From the NCBI GenBank assembly GCA_964404275.1, contig CAYOJH010000004.1:5172-69171 (forward strand): a stretch of DNA of 64,000 bases. Reading direction: 5' to 3'. The notes below the pieces were generated by a model. The model did not search any database. It was given only the letters and a program-made list of their open reading frames with translations, and was not told where the DNA came from. Shown piece after piece: positions 45,664-54,962 of the stretch. The translations under genes and the position numbers were made by a program. Within the stretch, counting starts at the first letter, position 1. Each line of letters begins with the position of its first letter. The stretch comes from an uncultured Gammaproteobacteria bacterium (lineage in GTDB: Bacteria > Patescibacteriota > Patescibacteriia > SG8-24 > DYFX01).

Positions 45664-45731
45664 CATTTTAGCGGCTTTTGCTAGGACCAGCGCGCTGGCA
45701 ATTTCGCCAGTGTTCTTTCCAGGAGCGTCAC

Positions 45732-46487
45732 GTGAAGAAACCGCCTTGTCCCGATCCGTTCATCCAGCTCTTTCTCTCCGCCATCGTGCTCGCCTGCTTC
45801 GCGATCATGCTGTCTTTCCTCGGCGGCTGCGCCGAAGAAGACGGAGCGCTGCCGCAGGAGCGCAGCGAAACCGAACTCGTGCCCGACCAAGACGTCTCGA
45901 GCGCGCGCACGATCGAATTCGCGGCGAGCGCCGGCTTCGACCGCGCCAAGGCCCGAAGCTATGTCGAACGCTACGCCAAGAGTCCGAACCCGAATCTCGC
46001 CTACTGCGCGCAGTGGGCGCATGAGGGCGCGCGCGTCTACAAAGAAGCGGCCGACTGCACGAACTTCGCTTCGCAAGTCCTGTGGTATGCCGGAGTATCG
46101 ATGCGCTACGGTTCGGCCGAAGACGGCTGGTGGTACGCGAAAAGCTGCGGCGATTCCGGCAGCAGCAAAAGCTGGCGTCAGGTCAATCGCCTGCTCGAGT
46201 ATCTCGTGGTCGAAAGCGGCCTCGGCGAGTTCAAGAAAAGCGAGCGCGATCTCAAAGTCGGCGACCTGATCTTCTACCGCCTGCGCCGCGAGGATGAAAG
46301 CTATCGCTGCGACGCCGAGAATCTCTTCAATCACACGGCGGTCGTGTCGGGATTCGATGCGCGCGGAGAACCGCTCGTCTCCTATCATTCGAACGACGCG
46401 CTCGACGTGCCTTGGGACGCGAAGAACGGCACGATGAAAGCGCTCGGCGAAGCCTGCGCGACCGCCTTCGTGCATATCAAGGACTGA
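45732..46487 (+). CDS. Amidase_6-like (papain/CHAP-fold) putative cell-wall hydrolase lipoprotein
   Basis: AGGAG SD with GTG start; LGGC lipobox; FDRAKARSY; DCTNFASQVL; GDLIFY; NHTAVV; YHS. Confidence 0.75.
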   Translation: MKKPPCPDPFIQLFLSAIVLACFAIMLSFLGGCAEEDGALPQERSETELVPDQDVSSARTIEFAASAGFDRAKARSYVERYAKSPNPNLAYCAQWAHEGARVYKEAADCTNFASQVLWYAGVSMRYGSAEDGWWYAKSCGDSGSSKSWRQVNRLLEYLVVESGLGEFKKSERDLKVGDLIFYRLRREDESYRCDAENLFNHTAVVSGFDARGEPLVSYHSNDALDVPWDAKNGTMKALGEACATAFVHIKD

Positions 46488-46562
46488 CCGGTTCGGCCTG
46501 CGGGCCGGTCAGTCCTCCTTTATTGACAGCCTCACGCAAGACTTGCTACAGCTATGCCCACT

Positions 46563-46733
46563 ATGAAACACCTCCGCTTGATCATCGCGCTGTCCGTGGC
46601 GCTGCTCGTCGCCGTCGGCGTTTTCGCCTATGTCGCGTATGGGAAAAACCTGGTCGCTCAAGGCGTCTCGACGGATCTTCGTCCCGGACAGCCCTGCGAT
46701 CGCACCTCCCCGAACCCCTGCCCCGCGCCTTGA
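46563..46733 (+). CDS. 56-aa secreted or membrane peptide
   Basis: MKHLRLIIALSVALLVAVGVFAYVAYG...PCDRTSPNPCPAP; upstream TTGACA. Confidence 0.55.
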   Translation: MKHLRLIIALSVALLVAVGVFAYVAYGKNLVAQGVSTDLRPGQPCDRTSPNPCPAP

Positions 46734-46776
46734 CCAAGGCGCGGTTTTCGTGATAGAAGTTGGGCAGGAGGCATGA

Positions 46777-47445
46777 ATGGTCGCTGAACACGCTGCTGCC
46801 CAGACTTCTCTTTCGAAACACATCTTCAGTTGGATCGAAGGCTGCGGGCGCGCGATCGCTCGCTGTGAAAATCGCGCGCAGCGCCTGGAAGCCTTCTGGA
46901 ACGGCCTGCTCGACTACGTGACGCCGCTCGAGCCGTCCACGCGCGACGAACTGCGCCGCGAAAAGATCGGCTTGCCATGGGACGGGCGTCTGGAGATCTC
47001 GCTCTACTGGCGCATCATGTATGCCGCACTGGCGGAAGCGCGCCGAACGGCGGACGCGCTCGACGTGCCCGCCTGGCGAAACGCCGCAAGCGCGCGATTG
47101 CTCGCCGAAGCGCCGTTCAGGGCTGCCGGCCGATTCTTCTTCCAGGACGAGCTTTCGTCCGGCGTGTATGAAGACGTCGTCCGACGCGCCCAGAAGGAAA
47201 TCCGTCTGCGCAGCGGCGGGCTGGTCTCGCCGGAGCCGCTCGAGCTCGGCAGCATCGTCCGCACGTTCACGAAGGGCGCGATCCTCGAGGCCTATGGTTT
47301 CGACGGCCGACTGCTGCTCGATCGGGAAACCGAACCGGCCGGCAGTCCGCTGGAATGGACTTGCCTGGCCGGCCGGCGCGGCCCGCTCAAGGCCGGCCGC
47401 TGGCAAGCCTGGGCCGAGCCCAAGGACGTAACGCCGATGCGATGA
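46777..47445 (+). CDS. Hypothetical protein
   Basis: AGGAGG SD; upstream TTGACC...TAGAAG. Confidence 0.65.
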   Translation: MVAEHAAAQTSLSKHIFSWIEGCGRAIARCENRAQRLEAFWNGLLDYVTPLEPSTRDELRREKIGLPWDGRLEISLYWRIMYAALAEARRTADALDVPAWRNAASARLLAEAPFRAAGRFFFQDELSSGVYEDVVRRAQKEIRLRSGGLVSPEPLELGSIVRTFTKGAILEAYGFDGRLLLDRETEPAGSPLEWTCLAGRRGPLKAGRWQAWAEPKDVTPMR

Positions 47446-47476
47446 CCGTTTCCCTTGCGGAAGCGGTTTTTTTCTG

Positions 47477-47529
47477 CCTCCCCTTTGCTAAAGGGGAGGT
47501 GCCCGCAGGGCGGAGGGGTTGTGGCCGCG
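47477..47529. repeat. Family D element, right half only
   Basis: cctcccctttgctaaaggggaggtgcccgcagggcggaggggttgtggccgcg. Confidence 0.8.
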
Positions 47530-47587
47530 ATTCTTGACGCACCCGGGTCCCCGCGTTAAGGTGGCCTCTTATCCCGAACGACCAGCA

Positions 47588-48733
47588 ATGGCCCTGACGG
47601 AACGGCAACAGGCGCTCGAACAGCTTCGGCACACCGAACGCCCCTTGATCGTTTTCCGCAAGGATTGGAATCCGGACGCGGCCGCTTCGGCCGTGGCCCT
47701 GGCCGCCGGCCTCGAGAGCCTCGGCAAGAAGTGCGAGATCGTCTGCGACGGTTTCGCGGCGCCCGAACACCTGAAGTTCCTGCCGCAGCTCGGCCGCATC
47801 CGCGCCGAAATGGCCGGACTCCGGACCTTCGTGATTTCCGTCGACACGCAGAAGAGCCGCATCGGCGAATTGTCGTACGAGGCCAAGGACGGTTTCCTGC
47901 ACATCTATCTCACGCCGAAAAACGGCAGCCTCGAAGCGGAACACGTGAAGACGAGCGCCACCGATTATCGCCATGACCTGATCATCACGATCGACACGCC
48001 GGACCTGCCGTCGCTCGGCGCCGTGCGCGACGTGGCCGCGGATTTTTTCTTCCGCACGCCGATCCTGAACATCGACCACTCCTCCGCCAACGAGCGTTAC
48101 GGCCAGATCAACAGCGTCGATGCGACCGCCGCCTCGACGAGCGAGCTGGTCTACGGCTTGCTCCGCGAGCTCGAGCGCCCGATCGACGCCGAACTGGCGA
48201 CCGCGCTTCTGACCGGCATCGTTTCCAAAACGCGCAGCTTCAAATCCGGCGCGATCACGCCGCAGACGCTCGACGTCGCCTCGGATCTCGTGGCCGCCGG
48301 CGCCAAACGCGACCTGATCGTCTCGAGCCTCTATCGCACCAAAACGATTCCCGTCCTGCGCCTGTGGGGCCGCGCGCTCGCGCGCCTCAAGTTCGATCCG
48401 ACGCTGAAGCTCGTCTCGTCGGTGCTCACGCGCCAGGACTTCACGCTGGCCGGCGCGGGCGAAGCCGCCCTGCCAGACGTGATCGACGAGCTGATCCTCT
48501 CTTCGCCCGACGCGGAAACCGTCGTCTTGATCCACGAGCGCGAAGGCGGCGAGATCTGCTGCCTGATCCGCAGCGAAGCGCGGCGCGACGCCGACAAGCT
48601 CGCCTCCCGCTGGAACGGCGAAGGCGGCCACACCCAAGCGCGCTGCTTCCTGAAAGGCAAAACGCCAGGCGACGCCGAACAAGAAATCCTGGCGCATCTC
48701 CGATCGGAAATGCAAAAAACGCGAGCCCTGTGA
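47588..48733 (+). CDS. DHH-family protein with degenerate catalytic motifs
   Basis: NPDAAAS; NIDHSS; GIVSKT..F; LRLWGRALARL; GGH. Confidence 0.8.
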   Translation: MALTERQQALEQLRHTERPLIVFRKDWNPDAAASAVALAAGLESLGKKCEIVCDGFAAPEHLKFLPQLGRIRAEMAGLRTFVISVDTQKSRIGELSYEAKDGFLHIYLTPKNGSLEAEHVKTSATDYRHDLIITIDTPDLPSLGAVRDVAADFFFRTPILNIDHSSANERYGQINSVDATAASTSELVYGLLRELERPIDAELATALLTGIVSKTRSFKSGAITPQTLDVASDLVAAGAKRDLIVSSLYRTKTIPVLRLWGRALARLKFDPTLKLVSSVLTRQDFTLAGAGEAALPDVIDELILSSPDAETVVLIHEREGGEICCLIRSEARRDADKLASRWNGEGGHTQARCFLKGKTPGDAEQEILAHLRSEMQKTRAL

Positions 48734-48749
48734 GGCTCGCGTTTTCTTT

Positions 48750-49649
48750 TTATTCCGCCGTATCGATCGGCCGGACGATCCGCAACTCGTGGCTCTTGGT
48801 GTATTCGCCGCTCGCGGCAGTGCCGACCGCGTAGACGGTCCAGGCCTGAAAGCCTTTGGCGATCGGCAGCGTCCAGGTTTGTACGCCGTGGTCCGTCGAG
48901 GCGAGCGTCGCTTGTCCGATCGGGAACGGCGCTTCATCCGGATTCTGCGGGTAGCTCGTGGCCATGAACGCCACGCTCGCGAGACCGCGGCCTTTCACCA
49001 GGAAGACGGAGTTCGGATAATAATTGTAGGTATTGTATTCCCATTTCGAAGGCGTGACGTCGAGCAGGTCGATTTCCGCTTGCGCTTCCCAGTCTTGCGG
49101 CGAAGCGGACGCGATCTGTCCGGTCTGGACCGTCACGACGATCGGCGAGTGATCCTTGCAGGAGGCTTGCGCGCCGCAACGCACGTACTCCGACCAATAC
49201 GCGCGCTTGCCGCTCTCGTCGCCGACGCGCACGGCATAGACCCAATAGTCGCCGGGTTTGGCGGCGATGGCGTAGTCCGTGGTTCCGCCGGTCGTCTGCT
49301 GGCAGAACTCCTGATCGATATCTTTCAGACTGATGGCGCAGACGCGTTCGGCCGGAACGTTGGCGCCCGAAGGCGCCGAGAGCTTGCCCGAGATCGTGCC
49401 GGTTTGGGCGCTGCCGGCCACGCAGGCGATCTGCGTGCAATTCCAACCGCTCGCCCCGCAAGCGCAGACGTTGCAGCCGTCGTCAGCCGAACGCTGCTCG
49501 CCGGACTGGTACGTGCGGCCGTTGTAATCGCACGTCAGCACGCCGGCCTCCACATGGACGCCGCGCGCGGCCATGATCGCTTCTTTGACGGGACGATACC
49601 CGAGGAAGGCGACCAGGGCGAACAAGATGATCAGGAGATATTTGCGCAT
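48750..49649 (-). CDS. Secreted protein with a pacifastin/VWC-like Cys domain
   Basis: N-terminal TM; CDYNG.TY..G......DGCNVCAC.....CTQIAC. Confidence 0.7.
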   Translation of the reverse strand: MRKYLLIILFALVAFLGYRPVKEAIMAARGVHVEAGVLTCDYNGRTYQSGEQRSADDGCNVCACGASGWNCTQIACVAGSAQTGTISGKLSAPSGANVPAERVCAISLKDIDQEFCQQTTGGTTDYAIAAKPGDYWVYAVRVGDESGKRAYWSEYVRCGAQASCKDHSPIVVTVQTGQIASASPQDWEAQAEIDLLDVTPSKWEYNTYNYYPNSVFLVKGRGLASVAFMATSYPQNPDEAPFPIGQATLASTDHGVQTWTLPIAKGFQAWTVYAVGTAASGEYTKSHELRIVRPIDTAE

Positions 49650-49671
49650 GACGTGTTTCGACTATTCTATC

Positions 49672-50823
49672 TCATTCGCGCGCGGCGCGGAAAACGGCCG
49701 AAGCGACGGCGGCCGTCGCGCGCGTATCGAGCGCGTCGGGAATGATGCGATCCGCCGTCGGCGCGGCGATCAGCGCGGCGAGCGCTTCGGCGGCGGCGAG
49801 CTTCATCTTCTCGGTGATCTTCACGGCCTTCGCGTCAAAGACGCCGCGGAAGACGCCGGGAAATGCCAGCAGGTTGTTGATCTGGTTCGGAAAATCGGAG
49901 CGTCCGGTCGCGACGACGGTCGCGCCGCCGGCTTTCGCTTCGTCCGGCATGATTTCCGGCGTCGGATTGGCCATGGCGAAGACGATCGAGCCCTTTTCCA
50001 TGGACGCCACCATCTCACGCGTGACGATCCCGCCCTTGGAAAGTCCGATGAAGACGTCGGCGCCGCGAAGGGCGTCGGACAGCGCGCCGGAAAGGCCTCG
50101 CGGGTTGGACCACTCGAGCAGCGCTCGCTTGGATGCGTCGAGGTCGGTCCTCTCGGGGCCGATCACGCCCTTCGAATCGCAGAGCGTGACGTCCTTCGCG
50201 CCATGCGCATGCAGCAGCTTGGCGACGGCGATGCCGGCCGCGCCCGCGCCCGAAAAAACGATCTTGGCGGAAGCGAGATCGCGCGACGTCGCCTTGCAGG
50301 CGTTGATCAATCCCGCCAAGACGACGATGGCCGTGCCGTGCTGGTCGTCATGAAAGACCGGGATGTCGAGCTCTTCGGTCAGGCGGCGCTCGATCTCGAA
50401 ACAACGCGGCGCGGAAATATCTTCCAAGTTGATCCCGCCAAAGCCTGGCGCGATCCTTTTGACCGTCTCGACGATCTCATCGACCTCTTTGGTCGCGAGC
50501 GCGATCGGAAAAGCGTTCAGGCCCGCGAATTCCTTGAACAGGATCGCCTTGCCTTCCATGACGGGCAGCGCGGCCAGCGGACCGATGTCGCCGAGACCGA
50601 GCACGGCCGTGCCGTCCGTCACGACGGCGACCGTGCGCCCTTTGACGGTGAGTTTCTTGGCGAGTGTTGGATCTTTCGCGATGGCCAAGCACGGCGCGGC
50701 CACGCCCGGCGTGTAGATCGTCGAAAGCGTTTCGCGATCCGAAACCGGCACGACGCTCACGACATCGAGCTTGCCTTGGTATTTTTCGTGCAATTCAAGC
50801 GAAGCGCTGTTGTAGTCTTTCAT
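49672..50823 (-). CDS. NAD(P)-dependent malic enzyme
   Basis: YTPGVA; TDGTAVLGLGDIG; EGKA.LFK; LEDI; FHDDQHGT; GAGAAG; ATGRSDFPNQINN. Confidence 0.95.
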   Translation of the reverse strand: MKDYNSASLELHEKYQGKLDVVSVVPVSDRETLSTIYTPGVAAPCLAIAKDPTLAKKLTVKGRTVAVVTDGTAVLGLGDIGPLAALPVMEGKAILFKEFAGLNAFPIALATKEVDEIVETVKRIAPGFGGINLEDISAPRCFEIERRLTEELDIPVFHDDQHGTAIVVLAGLINACKATSRDLASAKIVFSGAGAAGIAVAKLLHAHGAKDVTLCDSKGVIGPERTDLDASKRALLEWSNPRGLSGALSDALRGADVFIGLSKGGIVTREMVASMEKGSIVFAMANPTPEIMPDEAKAGGATVVATGRSDFPNQINNLLAFPGVFRGVFDAKAVKITEKMKLAAAEALAALIAAPTADRIIPDALDTRATAAVASAVFRAARE

Positions 50824-51275
50824 GTCCGTGAAAGCTTGATGATAGCATCGAATTCGTTCTGCGTCACCGGCTGGACCGACAGACGCGAGCCGCGCTCCAA
50901 GAGCACCATGTCCTTCAACGCTTTGATGCCGCGAAGTTCTTCGAGAGAAAGCGGGCGCGGGAATTTTTTGACGAAACCGACGTCGACGCAAAACCAGATC
51001 GGTTTTTCTTTCGCGGCTTTGGGATCGAAGTACGAACTCTTCTTATCGAACTGCGTCGCGTCCGGATGCGCGGCCGCGACGATCTTGCCGAGGCCGACGA
51101 TGCCGGCCGGGTTGACGCTCGAGTGATGAAAGAGCATCAGATCGCCGACCCGCATCTCTTTCATGAAATTGCGCGCCTGATAATTGCGCACGCCGCTCCA
51201 GGCATCCTTCTTCAGGCGCTTGAGATCGTCGATCGAGAAACTTTCCGGTTCGGATTTCATCAGCCAATGGCGCAT
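50820..51275 (-). CDS. EVE domain protein
   Basis: WLMKSEP...W.GVRNYQARN...YFDPK...RLSVQPV. Confidence 0.92.
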   Translation of the reverse strand: MRHWLMKSEPESFSIDDLKRLKKDAWSGVRNYQARNFMKEMRVGDLMLFHHSSVNPAGIVGLGKIVAAAHPDATQFDKKSSYFDPKAAKEKPIWFCVDVGFVKKFPRPLSLEELRGIKALKDMVLLERGSRLSVQPVTQNEFDAIIKLSRT

Positions 51276-51323
51276 ATGAAAGCAGTATGGTAGATTCGTG
51301 CCGCTCGTGCAAAGGGGGAACGC

Positions 51324-51908
51324 ATGAAGTCCGCGCTCATTCCGCTTATCTGTCTCGCTCTCGCTTCCGAAACGGCCCACGCCGACGACGGCACGGGCAC
51401 GGTCAAGCTGGCCTCCCAGAACGATTTCGGATTCAATCTCGATTCCGATTCGCATTGGAGCCAGCGCTTCCATAGTCGCGTCTTCCTCAACGAGGCCGGC
51501 CGGGACAACACCTTCCTGATTGATTACGGTCTGACCTGGAAGCCGAGCCGTCGCTACAGCCTCGACCTGACGGCCGGTTACGAATACTCCGACGACAAGG
51601 ATGCGCATCATTGGCTGGTGGTCGTCACGTCGAAGCATATGCGCTTCTTCGATGACAAGCTGGTCGTCAGCCTGGAAGGCCTCCACCACTACGACGGACG
51701 TTACCGCTATGACGGCTATTACGCCGTCGACTGGTGGGTCGTCGGCGCGCACGCCTGGAACCGCGGCAGCCAAGCCGCCGCCGGCTTCCAGATCGGCTCG
51801 GGTCCCGGTCTCGACCCTTTCCGCTTCGAGATCCGCATCTCGTTCGCGATGACCGGCGGCCTGCCGGACCGGATCGGCTGCTTCGTCATGACCTTCGATC
51901 TCCGCTAG
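51324..51908 (+). CDS. Secreted hypothetical protein, beta-strand rich
   Basis: Signal peptide ending AHA; alternating aromatic and polar strands. Confidence 0.65.
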   Translation: MKSALIPLICLALASETAHADDGTGTVKLASQNDFGFNLDSDSHWSQRFHSRVFLNEAGRDNTFLIDYGLTWKPSRRYSLDLTAGYEYSDDKDAHHWLVVVTSKHMRFFDDKLVVSLEGLHHYDGRYRYDGYYAVDWWVVGAHAWNRGSQAAAGFQIGSGPGLDPFRFEIRISFAMTGGLPDRIGCFVMTFDLR

Positions 51909-51948
51909 GCGGAGATTTTCTTTACGAAAAAATCCGCAGTGAAGCGGA

Positions 51949-52344
51949 TCATGGCGTGCATTGATTTCCTTCGCTGCCTCCGCCGGTCGAGGTGGCGTAG
52001 GCGATGCGGACGACGGCCGTGCCATCCGTGGCTTCGACCGTGAACGCCGCGGCGAGGCTGAGTCCGAGGTCGCTCCAGGCGATGGCGATCGCGCCGTCTG
52101 GCAGGTCGAGTCGAATCGCTCTGCCCTCGTTGGTCCGAACCGTCGCGGCCTGGACGTCTTCGGACGACGTTTCGATCACCAGGTCGTCGGCATCGGTCCA
52201 GACGCCCACCCAGCCGTGCAGACTTCCGTCCGGCGCACGCAGCAAGGCCGCGCGGTCGCGGCAAGGCGGAGCGCCGCCTCCATGGTGATTGCAGGCGGGG
52301 AGGGGCAAGAGAAGAAGCATGAAAAGAACCAGCCGTACCGTCAC
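51949..52344 (-). CDS. Putative lipoprotein
   Basis: LPAC lipobox; GTGA coupling with the upstream gene. Confidence 0.5.
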   Translation of the reverse strand: MTVRLVLFMLLLLPLPACNHHGGGAPPCRDRAALLRAPDGSLHGWVGVWTDADDLVIETSSEDVQAATVRTNEGRAIRLDLPDGAIAIAWSDLGLSLAAAFTVEATDGTAVVRIAYATSTGGGSEGNQCTP

Positions 52345-52898
52345 GTTGACTCCTTTGGTTGTGCGTCAGAGATCTCCTTGAACCGGCGTTCGAGGTATTG
52401 CGCGACGGTCAAGCGCGGCATGAGCCGCAGGATCGTGTCGGGCTTCATGCCGATGCACAGGATCGCCCGCACGTCTTCGACGGCCCGTTGCGTCGCAGCT
52501 TTGAGCCGGCCATGCGTCCATTCTTCCAGCAGCTCGCCGGTCCTCGCGAGGATCGCGCCGGAGCGCTGCGCGTACAGCGTGAGCGCATGCGGATCGTCGC
52601 CGGGCCTCTTGGAACGATGCGGTTCCGGCGAGGGCGAAAAGAGCATGAGCGGACCGCCTTGAATCGACGTGCTGAGTCCCACGCGATGCTCGCCCAGATA
52701 GCGCTCGAGATGTTCGAGCAGGATCCGCGCGATGTCGAGCAGGTCCGTCTTGAGCGTTTCCGGCCGAGCGTCCGGCGGCAGGCCGTGCTCGACGAGCGAG
52801 ACGCAGCCGTGCCGTTCCAGCGCCTCGCCCAGGAGCCGATCGATTTCGAGCAGATCGCCTATCAGGCTGACGACGGGAACGTCTTCCGTGGATTCCAT
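52341..52898 (-). CDS. Hypothetical protein
   Basis: GGGGAG SD; codon usage like other coding genes. Confidence 0.6.
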   Translation of the reverse strand: MESTEDVPVVSLIGDLLEIDRLLGEALERHGCVSLVEHGLPPDARPETLKTDLLDIARILLEHLERYLGEHRVGLSTSIQGGPLMLFSPSPEPHRSKRPGDDPHALTLYAQRSGAILARTGELLEEWTHGRLKAATQRAVEDVRAILCIGMKPDTILRLMPRLTVAQYLERRFKEISDAQPKEST

Positions 52899-52941
52899 GT
52901 GCTCCCCCAGACCGAGAGGAAACCAGAAAAGCGCGAGCGTG

Positions 52942-53577
52942 TCAACTCCGGCGGCGTTCGCGGATGAGGCCGATCACGGCCGGCAAGAGCGAGACAAGAA
53001 TGATGCTGAGCACGACGATTTCAAAATGCGCTTTGACGGCGGGGATGTTGCCGAAGAAATACCCGGCGAAGACGCAGACGCTCGTCCAAGCGGCCGCGCT
53101 GATCAGGTTGTAGACGGAAAAGACGGCGGCCGGCATGCGTCCGAGGCCGGCCACGAACGGCGCGAAGGTGCGGATGAACGGCATGAAGCGCGCAAGCACG
53201 ATCGTCTTCGCGCCGTAGCGATGATAATACCGCTGCGTCGCGTCGGCGTATTCTTGTTTGACCGGCAGTCCCGCGAACGATCCTTTTTCCAAAATGTGGG
53301 CACCGACCGTGAGACCGATGCGATAGTTCACGGCATCGCCGAGCGCGGCGGCGACGAAAAGCAGCAGCCAGACGACCGCGACGTTCAGGGCGCCGGCGGC
53401 GGCGAAGGCGCCGGCCGCGAAAAGCAGCGAGTCCCCCGGCAGGAACGGCGTGACAACCAGGCCTGTTTCGCAGAACACGACGACGAAAAGCACGGCGTAG
53501 ATCCAGAGCCCGTAGGCGGAAATCGCCCCGCCGAGCGCCGAATCGAGATGTAGAAAGAGGTTCAGAAACGCGTGCAT
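52942..53577 (-). CDS. DedA family membrane protein
   Basis: FCETGLVVTPFLPGDSLLF; ARFMPFIRTFAPFVAG. Confidence 0.93.
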   Translation of the reverse strand: MHAFLNLFLHLDSALGGAISAYGLWIYAVLFVVVFCETGLVVTPFLPGDSLLFAAGAFAAAGALNVAVVWLLLFVAAALGDAVNYRIGLTVGAHILEKGSFAGLPVKQEYADATQRYYHRYGAKTIVLARFMPFIRTFAPFVAGLGRMPAAVFSVYNLISAAAWTSVCVFAGYFFGNIPAVKAHFEIVVLSIILVSLLPAVIGLIRERRRS

Positions 53578-53686
53578 ACCGCCCCATGGTAACAGGCTTC
53601 TCCGCGCGGGAACAGGCGTTGACATGCCTCTCGAGAATTGGTATCCTCCCCCCGTTCATCCCGTCGGTATACAATGAACCCTGCCT

Positions 53687-53763
53687 GTCTCCGTAGCTCA
53701 ATTGGATAGAGCAGCGGGCTTCTATCCCGAAGGTTGCAGGTTCGATTCCTGCCGGGGACACCA
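53687..53763 (+). tRNA. tRNA-Arg(TCT)
   Basis: Cloverleaf; cggg-ctTCTat-cccg; GGTTCGATTCC; CCA. Confidence 0.93.
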
Positions 53764-53767
53764 GCAT

Positions 53768-53842
53768 GGCGGCCATCGTTCAGTGGTAGGACAGTGGATT
53801 GTGGTTCCACGAATGAGGGTTCGATTCCCTCTGGCCGCCCCA
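53768..53842 (+). tRNA. tRNA-His(GTG)
   Basis: G-1/C73 pair; gtgga-ttGTGgt-tccac; CCA. Confidence 0.93.
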
Positions 53843-53869
53843 AGAAGACATCTCGCAAGAGATGTTTTC

Positions 53870-54847
53870 TTATTTCTTGGTCCCTTTCCGCTTGTCGTGA
53901 AAGGCTTTGTAGACTTCCTGAAGATGCGCGTCGGTGATGTGCGTGTAGATTTGCGTGGTCGTGACGGAGGCGTGGCCGAGCAGCGATTGGACGGAGCGAA
54001 GATCGGCGCCGTTCATGAGAAGATCGGTGGCGAAAGAGTGACGGAGCGTGTGCGGCGAGATGCGCTTCACGATGCCGGCGATCTGCGCGTAGTGCTCGAC
54101 CAGGCGTTGGACGCTGCGCGGCGTCAGACCCGACATTTCATCCCGTCCTTTCGAAGCGCGGTCGTGGCTCACGAACAGCATCGGACTCATGTCCTTGCGC
54201 GCGTCGAGATATTTTTTCACCCAAGCTTTCGCGTCTTCGGAAAAAAACACGACGCGATATTTCGAGCCTTTGCCTTTGACCGAAAATTCGTTGCGATTGA
54301 AATTGATGTCTTCGAGTTTCAAATCGCAGAGTTCCGAAACGCGCAGACCCGTCGACCAGAGGAGTTCGAGGATCGCGCGATCGCGCAGACGCACCATGTC
54401 CGGTCCTTGCGCTTTCATCGGCGCGTCGAGCAGCTTCTGGACGTCCGCCGGCTCGAGGAATTCGACGTGGCGTTCCGGCTGCTTGGCGAGTTCGATCTTT
54501 TCCGGCGCGAGCGTCTCAATGTCGCGCTTCGACAAATATTTCAAGAAAGCGCGCAGGGCGATCAAATGGTAATTCTGCGTGTTTTTCTGAAGCGCTTCGC
54601 CATGATGATCTTCCAGGCGATTCAGCCAGAGGCGGAACTGGCGGACGGCATCGAGCGTGATGCCATTTGCCTTGGTGATTTTCCGCTCCAAGGCCCAGTC
54701 CGCGAAGCGTCCGAGGTAGAAGCCGTAGTTCTCCCGCGTCCGTTTGGAGCGGTTTTTTTCGATCTCCAAGTAGTCCCCGAAATCACGAATCAGCTCGTGA
54801 ATCTGGCTTTTTTTGGCTGTCGAATCGACTTTTTCCTTTAAGGCCAT
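53870..54847 (-). CDS. Xer-type tyrosine recombinase
   Basis: RDRAILE...TGLRVSE; KGKGSKYR; PHTLRHSFAT; LLGHAS..TTQIYTH. Confidence 0.93.
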   Translation of the reverse strand: MALKEKVDSTAKKSQIHELIRDFGDYLEIEKNRSKRTRENYGFYLGRFADWALERKITKANGITLDAVRQFRLWLNRLEDHHGEALQKNTQNYHLIALRAFLKYLSKRDIETLAPEKIELAKQPERHVEFLEPADVQKLLDAPMKAQGPDMVRLRDRAILELLWSTGLRVSELCDLKLEDINFNRNEFSVKGKGSKYRVVFFSEDAKAWVKKYLDARKDMSPMLFVSHDRASKGRDEMSGLTPRSVQRLVEHYAQIAGIVKRISPHTLRHSFATDLLMNGADLRSVQSLLGHASVTTTQIYTHITDAHLQEVYKAFHDKRKGTKK

Positions 54848-54962
54848 ATTTTGTCAAAAGGTATTGACATATTCTTGAAATTCTGCTATTCTTGGCCGTT
54901 CCGGACGAGGTCATTATCTAGGGGGGGCGCCCGGAACCGCCTATAACCAAGGAGAATCCCGA

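Noticed and set aside
53687-54847. Integrative element at tRNA-Arg/His using the adjacent tyrosine recombinase
   Set aside because: The protein looks like a housekeeping XerC/D-type enzyme. I found no duplicated tRNA 3' end and no phage or conjugation genes.
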